Assembly (NCBI GenBank): GCA_951406725.2
Contig: OX597831.1
Location: 21,266,001-21,330,000, forward strand
Direction of reading: 5' to 3'
Source of the DNA: Octopus vulgaris
Lineage: Eukaryota
Length of the DNA stretch: 64,000 nucleotides
A program made the position numbers and the translations under genes. The notes beneath the pieces are model-generated. The model ran no database searches. It saw only the letters and a program-made list of their open reading frames with translations, and was not told the DNA's origin. This document shows positions 27,097 to 40,162 of the stretch, in pieces (positions within the stretch are counted from its first letter, which is position 1; the number at the start of each line of letters is the position of its first letter).

Positions 27097-27730
27097 AATG
27101 TAGCTGATCTTAGCCCTTATCGTTGTTAACATCATCGTCGTCGTCGTCGTCGTCATCATCCTCATCCTCATCCTCATCATTATCATCACCACCACCACCA
27201 TCATGATCATGATCATCATCATCTTTGTCACTGTCTTCATCGTCATCAGCATCAATTTTCCTGCGCAAACCCTGATGCATCTCCGTATTCCTGGTGTAGA
27301 TGCGTAAACATAATTTTGTGGTTGAGTATAGACTGTTCGTAGCTTTCTGAAATATTACTTCACTGTTAATTACGTGTTATGCGAACTGTGCTTCGGTGTC
27401 GAATTGGTGAGTCCCTTGCGTGTGTAACGCGAAGGCTGTCCCGATGGTGTAATAGATTAGGAGAATTATTATAAGGTAATGAAAAGTCGTAATTGTTAAA
27501 GTAACTAATTAATTGGAAGACAAAGACTGGGATCAATTAAGCATATGATTACTGCTGTAAAAGGGTAATTTTCTTTCTGTGTGTCTCTTCATCATTCCCT
27601 CAATGTAACTGAACCTCCCTAATTTTCCCAGCGTTTTCTTTGTGCGTAAATATGAATCTTACCAGCAAATTATATATATATATATATAGATAGATAGATA
27701 GATAGATATACATACAGATGCATACATACT

Positions 27731-27975
27731 GTTTTACTCTTTTACTTGTTTCAGTCATTTGGCTGTGGCCATGCTGGGGTACCGCCTTTCAGTCGAGCTA
27801 ATCGACCCCAGGACTTATTCTTTGGAAGCCTGGTACTTATTCTATCGGTCTCTTTTGCCGAAACACTAAGTTACGGGGACATATATACGACGGGCTTCTT
27901 TCAGTTTCCGTCTACCCAATCCACTCACAAAGCCTTTGGTCGGCACGGAACTATAGTAGAAGACACTTGCCCAAG
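27731..27975 (-). mobile_element. Family A SINE, internally deleted and 5' truncated
   Basis: Reverse homology to 1472-1882. Confidence 0.85.
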
Positions 27976-27984
27976 CTGGCAGGC

Positions 27985-28018
<34 letters not shown>

Positions 28019-28021
28019 CTC

Positions 28022-28402
28022 TCTATATAAACGGCAGTTTGTCTGTGCGTGTTTCTGTGTGTCTGTTTTCTCGTACCCTCACCCTGACCACGGCTTTCAA
28101 CCGATTCTGATGAAACTTGACACACACATAGCCCAATGTCATAATTCAAAACTAACGCAGCGAAAATTTTGAAAAGTTCCCCCAGTTCTGAAAAAAATCG
28201 ATAAATTCGACATGGGGTCGAGAATCAAAAGAAACAAACCACAGACTGTCTAGGGGACGCAACTCAACCTTTTTTTACTCTCAAAAAAAAATTTACCATC
28301 ATTTTTTTCCCATTTTTTTGCTATTTTTTGGCTATAACTCTCTAAAAATGCTTTATAGTTATTTCCCTTACAAACCTGAGCAACGCCGGGCGATACTGCT
28401 AG
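28022..28402 (+). mobile_element. Non-autonomous Helitron
   Basis: TCTATATAAACGG ... GAGCAACGCCGGGCGATACTGCTAG|T; the last ~65 bp are shared with 18697-18765(-). Confidence 0.85.
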
Positions 28403-28826
28403 TATATATATATATATATATATATATATACAAACAACAATACCATTGTCCTGCATTAGATGCCACATTTAGTCGACAACGCTACTGTTTATATCTCGCT
28501 CAGATATTTAATACAACATATGTCTCTCTTCTACGAGATCAGTGACAGTGCGTCGCTAGAAATGTATATAGTAATTTGCGAGTGACATGAGCTTTCGTCA
28601 CTAGCAAGTGACTAACACCCGCTGAGGACGGGTAACCGCCAAGAAACTGGAGACCACGTGTATCACGTAAGGCTAGATATGGGAGCGATGACCTACCGTC
28701 GCAAATACTAATCGCACATAGACCGTGTTAGGTTAGCCAGCTGAAGGAGATGACTTCCTGCGAGGAATATAAACAACGGTAGCACTGTCCTGTATAGGAC
28801 TCGACACTTAGTTGCCATATATACTT

Positions 28827-28867
<41 letters not shown>

Positions 28868-28900
28868 AATTTAAAGGACTGACCACGAAAATATATATAT

Positions 28901-29008
<108 letters not shown>

Positions 29009-29301
29009 AATTGACATCTACGGAAATTTTTCAGGTTCCATAGAGTCTGAATTAATATTAACGTGCATTCTCCTTATTACTGATATTACACACACACACA
29101 CACACACACTCACACATAGAGACACATACACACACACACACAGTGCCATATATATGTATATGTGTGTGTTAAATAAAATGAAACAAAGCCAAGAGCGTGT
29201 GGAATTTCCAGGACTTTTATAAAGAGGAAGTTAGTCTTACACCTGTTTTGGTGATATTAGCGATATCCCTTCATTAGAGAAGATGTGAGATGCTTATGTA
29301 T

Positions 29302-29384
<83 letters not shown>

Positions 29385-29501
29385 AATCAAGGAACGGCCA
29401 TAATAGGCCATTCACCCACTAGAAATAACAGCCAAAGCTTCAACCGCAAAATAACATTAATTCCGCAAACCAGGAGAAAATTAAAAAACATTTACCCTGT
29501 A

Positions 29502-29608
29502 ATTTCTTATACGATGCACCGTTTCATCTACTGTTTAATGGTAAACTAACCTGATTAAATTAAATCAAGCCAATCTTCCATAGGCCCTTAGATTCGTCAG
29601 TAAGAAAT
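29502..29608 (-). ncRNA. Type I hammerhead ribozyme with canonical core and extended stem II
   Basis: Minus strand reads ATTTCTTA-CTGACGA-ATCTA [~58-nt hairpin] TAGAT-GAAAC GGTGCATC GTA-TAAGAAAT: 8-bp stem I, 5-bp stem II base, self-complementary stem III. Confidence 0.85.
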
Positions 29609-29825
29609 AGCCAGATCGGAACAGATATTTTCACGAGGCATTTCTGTCCCTGCCTCGGCAATATCTGACCTAAAATTTTCAAATCATCGCACTCGCGCCA
29701 AATTTATCGGCAGCAAATAAATATAAGCCGCCGATTCCATTACGGAATCAACCAGAAAATTCATAATTAATCAATATAGGGTGCCAAAAAAAATTTTGTA
29801 GAATTTTTTTGCCACCAGCAAATAT

Positions 29826-29859
<34 letters not shown>

Positions 29860-29871
29860 GTGCGTGTGTGT

Positions 29872-29919
<48 letters not shown>

Positions 29920-31519
29920 TCGCATGATAGACCCGTTGATGTTAATGTATGAGCGTTCAGCTTTTCTGGAGAGCGCCCTGCACAAATAATTTGTTTATAT
30001 TCATCAAATATATGTGCTGTATATTATCCCACTCTCCCTATCAAATCGACGTTGCCTGAAGAGGTGTACAGTGTAACACACATCGGGAGTCAAAGTGATC
30101 GCAGAGCAACGTGAGGTGAAGTGTTTTACTCAAGAATACAACACACCACCAGGTGTAGGAATTGAAACCAAGATCTCGCGATTGTGAGTGCACAGTGTAC
30201 ACTTTTAATAGAAGATAAATGTTTTATTGAAAAGTGATTGAGTCAGGTTCTTGCGACTTAAACTTTCGCAGACCTCTAACAGAAGTCTGTGTTTTCCAGG
30301 CTTATGAAGCCTGAAATAATGTATGCATGTACATACATACATACACACACAGACATATATATTATATACATGCATACATATATCTGTGTGTGTGTGCGGT
30401 GAGGTCTGCCAAGAAGCTACACAGCAGTGTAAATAATTTAGTAGTGTAAGGAAGTCATTGGAAAACTGGATGTGAGGAGTAAGCCCTATCTCGAAACTAG
30501 AGCTCCAATTACATACATTATGATTATGAGTTTAATTAATTATCAGAAACTCATTGGAATAAAGTAATTATTTAAAACTTATTATGTAACGCATAAACTA
30601 TTTTTCGAATATTGGATATGCACGATAACAATGTAAATGCATTTGAGATAGCTTCGACTTCATTTTGTAAGACTCTTAGGCTTGTTCTAATGAATGGCGA
30701 CAAAAATAATGAATGGTTGGTATCCTTTAACAAAGCAAAGACATGCTTGCATTGAAGAGTATTCATGCAAATATTTCCAGAGATATTTTCTTTGCTAACG
30801 ACAAATTAATAAAAATCTTAACGAGTGTTTAGGAACGAATTTTATCTAAGAATCCATGTCTTTTATGCTTTTCGTAAAAGCATGGATCATATCTATCGTA
30901 TTCTTCAGTTTAATGTTTGACTTGCTGTAATATGTTTCAAATAATGTTATATTTCATTTTATAGTGTATTGTTATTTCAAAAAAAGATAATCTCAAGTTT
31001 GATAAACTCGTACCGAATATCATTTCCAAATTTCTATAAGAATAATTACGTTAATGAAATCACTTCTTAAAAGTATTTTCTGTTAACCTGATATAATCTT
31101 TGGAAACGATATTATCAGCTGTAAATAATTTCATACAATAAACTATGAATGTCGTAAGATATGAATTACACATAATAATAAAAAAAATATACGTCTTCAT
31201 TTCCTATATATCGACATTTATATTTCCTCGTCAAAAAATGTCTGCTATGTGAAAGTTTAATTTCACTATTACCAAAATCTGTTCCAAGATATATTCTGGA
31301 CAATATCATATTTCTTTCGTTGATTAATTCTTCCGTTACGAAGAGACACAAAAAGCGACAATCATGTAGATGCTACAGCATTACGCGACAAATTTAATAA
31401 ATCTCTGACATTTCATATTTCAAGAGTTATTACTTTCTTGGTACAAATATTTCGCTTGTAATATTAGTGTCTGTTGAAAGTTTATCTATTGAGGAAACAG
31501 ATAGTGAGATGAATACAAT

Positions 31520-31681
31520 GGAGGAGTGGCTGTGTGGTAAGTAACTTGCTTACCAACCACATGGTTCCGGGTTCAATCTCACTGAGTGTCACCTTGGGCA
31601 AGTGTCTTCTACTATAGCCTCGGGCCGACCAAAGCCTTGTGAGTGGATTTGGTAGACGGAAACTGAAAGAAGCCCGTCGTA

Positions 31682-31730
<49 letters not shown>

Positions 31731-31950
31731 ATGTGTGTGTTTGTGTGTCTGCGTTTGTCCTCCCAGCATCACTGGACAACCGATGCTGGTGTTTACGTTC
31801 CGGCAACTTAGAGTTTCGGCAAAAGAGATCGATAGAATAAGTACTAGGCTTACAAAGAGTAAGTTCTGGGGTCAATTTGCTCGACTAAAGGCGGTGCTCC
31901 TGCGTGGCCGCAGTCAAATGACAGGAGCAAGGAAAGGAGTAACAGAGTAT
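31520..31950 (+). mobile_element. Family A SINE
   Basis: Homology to 1472-1882. Confidence 0.9.
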
Positions 31951-31969
31951 TGCATTATGTACTCTGACA

Positions 31970-32170
31970 AGGTGGCAAAACGGCAGAAGCGTTAGCCCTC
32001 CGGAAAAAAATGATTAGCGTAATTTCGTCAGTGTAAACATTCTTCCCAGCTCAAGTTTGTCTTTCGTCTATTCCAGGGTCGATAGAGTAAGTACCCGTTA
32101 ATTACTGGTGCCGACGAAATCGCCTAGCGCCTTTCCCTCTAATTTCAGGCCTTGTGCTTAAAGAACAAAA
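31970..32170 (+). mobile_element. Family B SINE, diverged
   Basis: Homology to 57748-57980. Confidence 0.65.
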
Positions 32171-32199
32171 GATTATTTTGATTAGTGGGCTTGCTTTGT

Positions 32200-32505
32200 G
32201 GAGGCGCAATGGCCCAGTGGTTAGGTCAGCGGACTTGCGATCGGAGGATCGCGGTTTCGATTCCCAGACCGGGCGTTGTGTGTGTTTATTGAGCGAAAAC
32301 ATCTAAAGCTCCTCGAGGCTCCGGCAGGGGTTGGTGGCGACGCCTGTTGTACTCTTTTGCTCCAACTTTCTCTCGCTCTTTCTTCCTGTTTCTTGAGTCA
32401 CGCTGCGATGAACTGGCGTCCTGTCCAGCTGGGCGGGAGGGACACATACGCCATAGAAACCGGGAAACCGGGCCCATGAGCCTGGCTATGATTGAAAAGG
32501 GCGCA
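32200..32505 (+). mobile_element. tRNA-derived SINE, family C
   Basis: GGAGGCGCAATGGCCCAGTGGTTAGG...GGTTTCGATTCCC head. Homologues at 55399-55707(-) and 56680-56933(-). Confidence 0.9.
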
Positions 32506-32779
32506 AAAGAAAAAAGGGCTCGCTTTGTGACTCCAAATCTCGCAGAAATCGATTTCACAATTAAACAGTTTTTTTGTTGCCCTAATAGGGAGCATGTGTG
32601 GATATATGTGTGTATGTGTGAGTGTTGAAAGAGTTCTGTAATATAAATATCATTGATATAAAAACCGATGCACTACACTATTCCAACCACGTGTTAGAAC
32701 ACAATAAGTCATGTGCGCGCGCAGACACACATGAACAAAATGCGTGATGCAGTTGCGATTATAGTCTATTATTTTTTTA

Positions 32780-33142
32780 TTCGTTGCAGTAGATTGACTG
32801 CGGCCAATAGGGAACATTGCTTTTAGTCGAAGAAATCGACCGCAGAAGTTATTCTTTATAAGCCTAGTACTTACTCTATTGGCTCCCTTTTGCCGAACCG
32901 CTGGCTTATGGGGACGTAAACGCACCAACATCGGTTCTCAAGCGATGGTGGTAGCACAACACGAACACACACTGATACAGACAGACAGACAGACAGACAC
33001 ATACACACACACAGACAAAGACAGAAACACACACACACACATATATACGACGGGTCATTTTAAGTTTCCGTCTAGACACCAGGTCAAGGTGCAGTGGTAC
33101 TGAACCCGGAATCATGTGGTGGGTAAGCAAGCTTCTTACCAC

Positions 33143-33145
<3 letters not shown>
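32780..33145 (-). mobile_element. Family A SINE, internally deleted
   Basis: Reverse homology to 1472-1882. Confidence 0.8.
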
Positions 33146-33228
<83 letters not shown>

Positions 33229-33246
33229 TTTGTATGTATGTATGTA

Positions 33247-33301
<55 letters not shown>

Positions 33302-33637
33302 ATAAATAAATATATATATATATGCATATGTATGTGTGTGTACGAATATGTGTATATATATTTGAATGGGTGTGTGTGGATATATGCATATGTGTATGAT
33401 ACCGCATGTTATTAGATGGATTCTCATCCCCATGGATCAAGCTTCGAGTCAAAATATGTGTAACTCTGCAATCAAAAGCACATATGTGCAAATACAAACG
33501 ATAATGTGCTGAAATTCAAACACGAACAAAATGCATAACGCAGGTGTGAGTGAGTGTGTGTATGTGTGTGTGCGTATATTTGTGTGTGTGTATATATTCA
33601 CATGTTCTGCATGGGTGTACATTTATATGTATATATA

Positions 33638-34017
33638 CACTACCGTCAGAAATTAATTAGCACCCTTGATTTGCTCTTCACTCAAGGTATGTGCTGTCAC
33701 CTAGTGGCCATATCTCGAACTATTGCTTTGTTGCGAGTTCACTGTTGCGCAGAACAATGACGTAACTTTGTTTGCAGAGCCGTTTGAGAGTCTACAGCCT
33801 TATGATGCTGACATAGCAGTGCAACAACAACTTGGAGTGCGGATGCAGACAAATCTTCCTTTGTTTAATAGATATAGGTAGCGCCTCGCAAGGACCGAAA
33901 TCACACCATACTAAGTTTTCTCATCGCGTAAGACGTTTTGAACAGCTCATAGGTTAATTGATTTAACCTATTTAATGTAGAAATTTGAGAAGTGCTAATT
34001 AATTTCTGACGCAAGTG
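33638..34017. mobile_element. Tc1-like MITE
   Basis: TA|CACTACCGTCAGAAATTAATTAGCAC ... GTGCTAATTAATTTCTGACGCAAGTG|TA. Confidence 0.85.
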
Positions 34018-34979
34018 TATGTGTATTCATTGTCATATCTTTATTCGTAAACTTGAATGTGGTCAGAAGTACAGCAAGGGAGATAAATCTTGTAATTCGT
34101 TTCCTTACTCTGTATATTCATTTATTCATTCCGATCTTATAAGTTGTTTCTCTAGACTGTATATTTATTTGTTCATTCCGAAATATCGTGCTCGTTGTAT
34201 TCTCAACCAACTGGAAGACGAGTACCAGCTTGTCCATGAGACACGAATGACAAATTCTGCAGAGAATTGTCAGCCTGAAGCGAATGTGAGCCTTGTTTGC
34301 TCACAAAATTGAATTATGTTTATATATACCTGGTTAAAGCTATGTGCAAGGGAATTTTGAAATCTAAAGTTATTTTCAAAATATTGAGAATATTTTGAAA
34401 GTAACATTTTGAAAATATATAGTTATATGCAACAAAGTTATATAACTAGCATTATATGTACCGGTAGGCAGACGCACACTTATAATTAAATATATATGGT
34501 GGTTTGCCTACTCTTTATGCAGAGTCTTACCACCACTTGTATTTACACCTTAGTTCCATCATGGAATCTGATGAGGCTTTTTAAGCCAGATAATGTATTG
34601 AGAAGACACCCACATAAATTGCATATCTGATTTCGACCACCAAGAGTTGTAGTTATGTTCTGATCTTTGTGGATCTTCAAATATCTTTTAAGGCCTCCGT
34701 TAGATTTGCAGAACTTATGTCATACATAGCATTAAAAGGTGTGCACCGATATATAGGCAGAGTAGTTGGTGGACGTTTCTTTTTCATGAGTGCGCAAATG
34801 AGATTTGAACCCAGAAAAATAAAGTCATGGTCTATCACAAACTGCGCACACAAAAGGTCAATGTCTCAATTCACTTTTTCAATCGCAACAGTTTTCTTTA
34901 AATCTCTGTTGAGTCTTGCATGTGTCATCCTGGTCTCCTCAAAAGCTTTCATTCCACTGAACATATTTGTTTATTAAAC

Positions 34980-35042
<63 letters not shown>

Positions 35043-35155
35043 AACAAGGGAGTCAGAGAAAGGCAGAATGCCACTTAAATCTGAACACTACTATAGAAAT
35101 ATTGTTTTAAAAAACTTTTCTTCTAATTTTTCTAAATTTAATTATTTAATCGTTA

Positions 35156-35193
35156 CAGTTGAAAAGATCTCAAAATGACCGAAACCGGTACTG
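35156..35193 (+). ncRNA. Minimal hammerhead motif, U3-A8 variant
   Basis: CAG-TTGAAAA-GATC tcaaaat GACC-GAAAC CG GTA-CTG; palindromic stem III (ACCGGT); one mismatch in stem II. Confidence 0.55.
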
Positions 35194-35344
35194 AAATGTT
35201 CACTATAAAATTATTTTAGCATTTTCTATTTTTACTTGTTTTTCATATATATCAACTCGTGTGTTCCTTTTCACCCTTATACATATATATATATATATAT
35301 ATATATATGTTATATATATATATATGTGTGTATGTATGTATGTA

Positions 35345-35377
<33 letters not shown>

Positions 35378-35587
35378 ATAAGTATATACAACGCACACAC
35401 GCATAAACATATATCTATATCTATGTTTATCATATATAAATATATAAATATATATATAAAAATATATATATATACATGTATATACATTTATATACATACC
35501 CACACACATACATACATATCTATCTATCTAGCTATATATATATATATATATATAAATTTCCCATCTCTGTCTCTGTCTCCTTTCATG

Positions 35588-35764
35588 GTAAACATTGCAA
35601 AATGTGAAATTTTTCTGTGTCGCAAGTTAATACCATTTATAATGAATTGCAACACAAAGTGAGATATGGACACATTTATCTGTCGCCTAGTCAACTGTGA
35701 CGTCACAAATAATGTAGGAAGGTCGGTCATTTCCTCTTAACAGCAAATATGTTGCCATGGTGAC
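35588..35764. promoter_or_regulatory. Candidate cis-regulatory cluster (forkhead site, two RFX X-boxes, CRE)
   Basis: GTAAACA at 35588, GTCGCCTAGTCAAC at 35682, TGTGACGTCACA at 35696 and GTTGCCATGGTGAC at 35751, in apparently non-repetitive DNA. Confidence 0.35.
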
Positions 35765-35892
35765 CAGAGGTTTATCAGTTCAAAGCGATTGCTGAAAATT
35801 TCGTTGATAAATATTCTTTTCAATTATCAGATTACTTGAGACAAAATCGAAAGTGGTTTAGTCTCAGCTTTTGGCCATATAGGTGACTGTAC

Positions 35893-35923
<31 letters not shown>

Positions 35924-36192
35924 TGTATGTATGTATGTATGTATGTATGTATGTATGTATGTACGTATCTATGTATGTATGTAAGTATGTATATATGTAT
36001 GTATGTATGTATGTATATAATGCACACTCACACACCTCTATATGTAATTATATACCAATGTATAGCCATATACAAATTTACATACATATATACATAAAAT
36101 ATGTGTGCGTATAAATATACATATATACATGTGTGTGTATACATACACACAGACTATATAAATACGTATATATATATATATACATATACATT

Positions 36193-36244
<52 letters not shown>

Positions 36245-36280
36245 TACATATATACATATATACACATATATATATATATA

Positions 36281-36332
<52 letters not shown>

Positions 36333-36749
36333 GTGTGTGTGTGTGTGTGTGTATACAAAGCTTTAGGTGTTATGTCAAGAATGTAGGACAGAGGCGATCA
36401 CGGCATGCCACAAATCTTTGTTCCTTTGTTTTATGTGACATGTACCTCTCGGTGATGTGTAATGCCTCTTTCTCTCAATATATTTGTGCAGCTGGACATG
36501 TACATCATACGTGTACATCCTCTGCTTATATTCACTTCAAACTTTCTTATTATCGCCAAATACTGCAGGCCTTCTTTATTCATCATATGACCAACAAATT
36601 TATTGTTGCTTGGCCCTTATGACAACAAGCAGTTTCCTATTTACCGGGTCATCACCTCATCATCAGAAGGTGCTCGGAGTGCTGTGGAAGATGGTCCTTA
36701 GGGACAATATCTATCTATCTATCTATCTATCCATACATACATACATACA

Positions 36750-36785
<36 letters not shown>

Positions 36786-36875
36786 TAATATATATATATG
36801 TATATATATATATGTACATATCACTCTATCTCTTTGTCAATCTATCTAACCCTTCATCTCTCTCTCTCTCTTTGT

Positions 36876-36934
<59 letters not shown>

Positions 36935-37281
36935 ATGAAACATCGTGGGTAAGGCTAAAAGAACGCGAAGTAAATGCAAAGTAAATCACAAGGAGACAAA
37001 TATTTGAATTGATGTAGACTTACCTTCTATTCAATATTTCGGGGTTATGACTCCATTTTCCAGAAATTGACGAAAGTTGCACATCGGCAACATTCGTCAA
37101 TTTCTTGAGGATAAGGTCATAACTACTGTAAGAATTTCCGGAGAATCTTAGAGTAGTAGAAAAGGGAATTTTAACTCCTATTTCTAAATTCGGTATGTGG
37201 TGAAGCAATTGGCTGAACCCTATTTATAATTATGTTTAAAATTAGCAAATATCTGTATTATTCTACCTATAAAGGTTATTT

Positions 37282-37650
37282 GGAACCTTTCGGTTTGAAC
37301 GGCAGTTTTTTCTAGCAGTGTCATATGAAATTGTCACCCATAATTATGACCCTAGAATCGATCTATTGGATTTCAATCTCTTTTTAGGGTTAGGGTTAGG
37401 GGTTGGGGAAGGGTATCTTTTTTCTTCACAAATGTAAATAAACCCAATCTATTTCTTAAACGAGGGACATATTCATACGGGACAGAATGCTTTAAAAAAC
37501 CCACAAATATCTTACAAACTATAGAATTTTCTCAATAAAGGCAAGAGAAAAAGATGTTTTATAAACACATTCTACCAGTATGCGAAGTTTAAAATTTTTT
37601 TAATTACCTAGAAATTATGTTAAAAACTGCCGTTCAAACCGAAAAGATCT
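37282..37650. mobile_element. Non-autonomous TIR transposon with 8-bp TSD (Merlin-like)
   Basis: GGTTATTT|GGAACCTTTCGGTTTGAACGGCAGTTTTT ... AAAAACTGCCGTTCAAACCGAAAAGATCT|GGTTATTT. Confidence 0.85.
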
Positions 37651-37791
37651 GGTTATTTTAACGTACCGAACAACCTGGCGAAATTGTTAATTAATTGATT
37701 GATTAATTAATTAATTTGATTGATACATTTTGACCCTTTTATTATTAATTTATCTATCTACCTATATATATTTACTACGAAGTATAGGTCG

Positions 37792-38013
37792 GTGCGTTCG
37801 TTTAACGGCAACACACTTAGTAGCGTAAACAAAGAGGCGTGGGTTCAAATCCCACGCGTACAGGAAAATGTACATTTTTCTGTTGAGTTTTTATATACCT
37901 TTCATCATTTCGGGGTCGATGAAGTAAGTACCAGCTGCGTACTGGAATTGATCTAATCGACTGCCCCACCACAAAAAAAAAAAAAAATGATTTTGGGCCT
38001 CCTGCCTAGAGTA

Positions 38014-38015
<2 letters not shown>
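37792..38015 (+). mobile_element. SINE with a tRNA-like head joined to a family B-like body
   Basis: Acceptor-like GTGCG/CGTAC, T arm GTGGG-TTCAAAT-CCCAC, then CTTTCATCATTTCGGGGTCGAT. Confidence 0.6.
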
Positions 38016-38064
<49 letters not shown>

Positions 38065-38444
38065 ATATATATACATGTGTGTGTGCGTGTGGATATACTC
38101 ATGAACATGCATATACCACTTACACTCCATCAGTTATGAAAACGAGAGTTCCAGTTGATCCGATCTGCGGAATAGTTTCCCCGTGAAACTTGCGTGCAAA
38201 TCGCTAGGCACTCTACTGACACACGTAGCCTTCATGTAATACTCAGGGTTATTTAACATGATGCAGAATGTTTCAAAGTGGGCCCTTTTCATTATACGTA
38301 CAGTAGATTTTTGCCAGCAGATCGAACCGTAGCAACGTGAAATAAAATATCTTGCTCAAGGTAAAATATCTTGCACAATGTGCCGCAGAGATTCGAAATC
38401 ACAATCGAAAGATCGTGAGCCTAATATATTGATATATAAAATAA

Positions 38445-38698
38445 ATGTTCTTTCTCGAGCAATGTCAGGCTCATACTGGCCGGTTTCCCGGTTTCAATGG
38501 CGTAGAAATTCCCCACCTGGACTGGACGCTGGTCCGTCGGAGGATTACTCATTTTTGCCAGCTGAGTGGACTGGAGCAACGTGAAAATGAAGTATTTTGC
38601 TCAAGAATACACAACGCGTCACCCGGTCCAGGAATCGAAACCACAACCCTATGATCATGAGTTCAAGCCACGCACCTCCACGAATATACCAATATACT
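38445..38698 (-). mobile_element. tRNA-derived SINE related to family C
   Basis: Minus-strand head GGAGGTGCGTGGCT...GGTTTCGATTCCTGGACCGG; the tail shares GAAACCGGGAAACCGG with family C. Confidence 0.75.
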
Positions 38699-38823
38699 TC
38701 ACGCGTTTATGCGCGCGCACGCATACACACGAACACATTTACTTCATACATACATACATTTATACATACATATATATATATTCATACAATCGCACAAATA
38801 TATAAACATATATTGAAAAAATT

Positions 38824-39036
38824 TTCTTTTCTACTCTCGGTACAAGGTCCGAAATTTTTGGGAGGGTGCCAGTCGATTAGATCGACTCCAGGACGCAACT
38901 GGTACTTAATTTACCGACCCCTAAAGGATAAAAGGCAAATTCAACCTCAGCGGAATTTGAAATCAGAACGTAAAGGCGGACAAACTACCGGAAAGCATTT
39001 CGCCCGGCGTGCTAACGTTTCTGCCAGCTCGCCGCC
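38824..39036 (-). mobile_element. Family B SINE
   Basis: Reverse homology to 57748-57980. Confidence 0.9.
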
Positions 39037-39293
39037 TTATATATGGAAATTATTAAATACATCAGAATGTATTTAATATATTTTATATATCGATTTTCCA
39101 AACTTGCTTGTCCCTATATTTACTCCTCTACCTGCTCATGTCTAAATCTCTTGAGCACTACGAAATGCATTCTATATACAGAGGATACCTCTCGCGAGTC
39201 TACAAGCCATATACATATCGCCATGTTGATTCGCTAGCTTCTGCACGCATTTTTTTTCTCTCCTTGTTTCTCTCCGTGTTTCTTTTCTGTGTA

Positions 39294-39331
39294 TCTTTCT
39301 GTTGAAGAGCGTAGGCTCGAAACGTAAAAGA
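39294..39331 (+). ncRNA. Minimal hammerhead-like motif with CUGUUGA (A6U) core
   Basis: TCTTT-CTGTTGA-A-GAGC gtag GCTC-GAAAC GTA-AAAGA. Confidence 0.6.
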
Positions 39332-39746
39332 CTTGTTTTATTTATATTCTTGAGCGCCATACTAATACAATTGTTTGTTTGTATTCCACCTGCCTTCGTC
39401 TTTTGTTTATTTTCATAAAGCTTCCCGTTATATATATATATACATATATAGATGTAGGCTCGTACAAACATATGTACATACAAATCATCAAGCCATCGTA
39501 CATGTATTATACACAGAGAAATACTTACGGACACGCTCATAAATGTAAGTTTGTACGTATATAGGACCTACTCGTAAATACATATATAAATCGTCGATGA
39601 CGCACGCCGCACATGGACAGACACGCCGGCTATCTGCGCACTGACTGCCCACTAACTACATTAGATGTAGATTCAAAGCATAGCATATTTGCAATATTTG
39701 CTAACCACAGCGGCGACACATTGAAAAGAAAATTTATACATACATG

Positions 39747-39806
<60 letters not shown>

Positions 39807-40025
39807 TATATTAAATTAGAGATAAAACCACTATTAAGCAAATCATACAATGAAAAACTTAAGACAATACATAAGATTTATTAATTTATATTATTTTTTT
39901 AATGATTTTTTAAATAATTTTGATATATATTTAAAATAATATAAATTAATTAATCTTATGTATTGGCTTAAGTTTTTCATTGTATGATTTGCCTAATAGT
40001 GGTTTTATCTCTAATTTAATACAAT
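39807..40025. repeat. Inverted repeat with ~90-bp arms between (TA)n tracts
   Basis: ATTAAATTAGAGATAAAACCACTATTA...TATATTATTTT is inverted at about 39933-40025. A related arm starts near 45912. Confidence 0.9.
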
Positions 40026-40103
40026 ATAATATTTTACTATCAAATTGGATTCAATCCTAAATCTGATTTTTCCCTGTAAGTTTGGATTTATTCCCTAATA
40101 TTT

Positions 40104-40162
<59 letters not shown>

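Noticed and set aside
32200-32275. tRNA gene (also 37792-37861 and family A/B heads)
   Set aside because: tRNA-like heads continue into repeated SINE bodies and lack a complete cloverleaf.
37384-37408. True telomere or chromosome fusion site
   Set aside because: Only about three repeats, lying inside a TIR element with a TSD.
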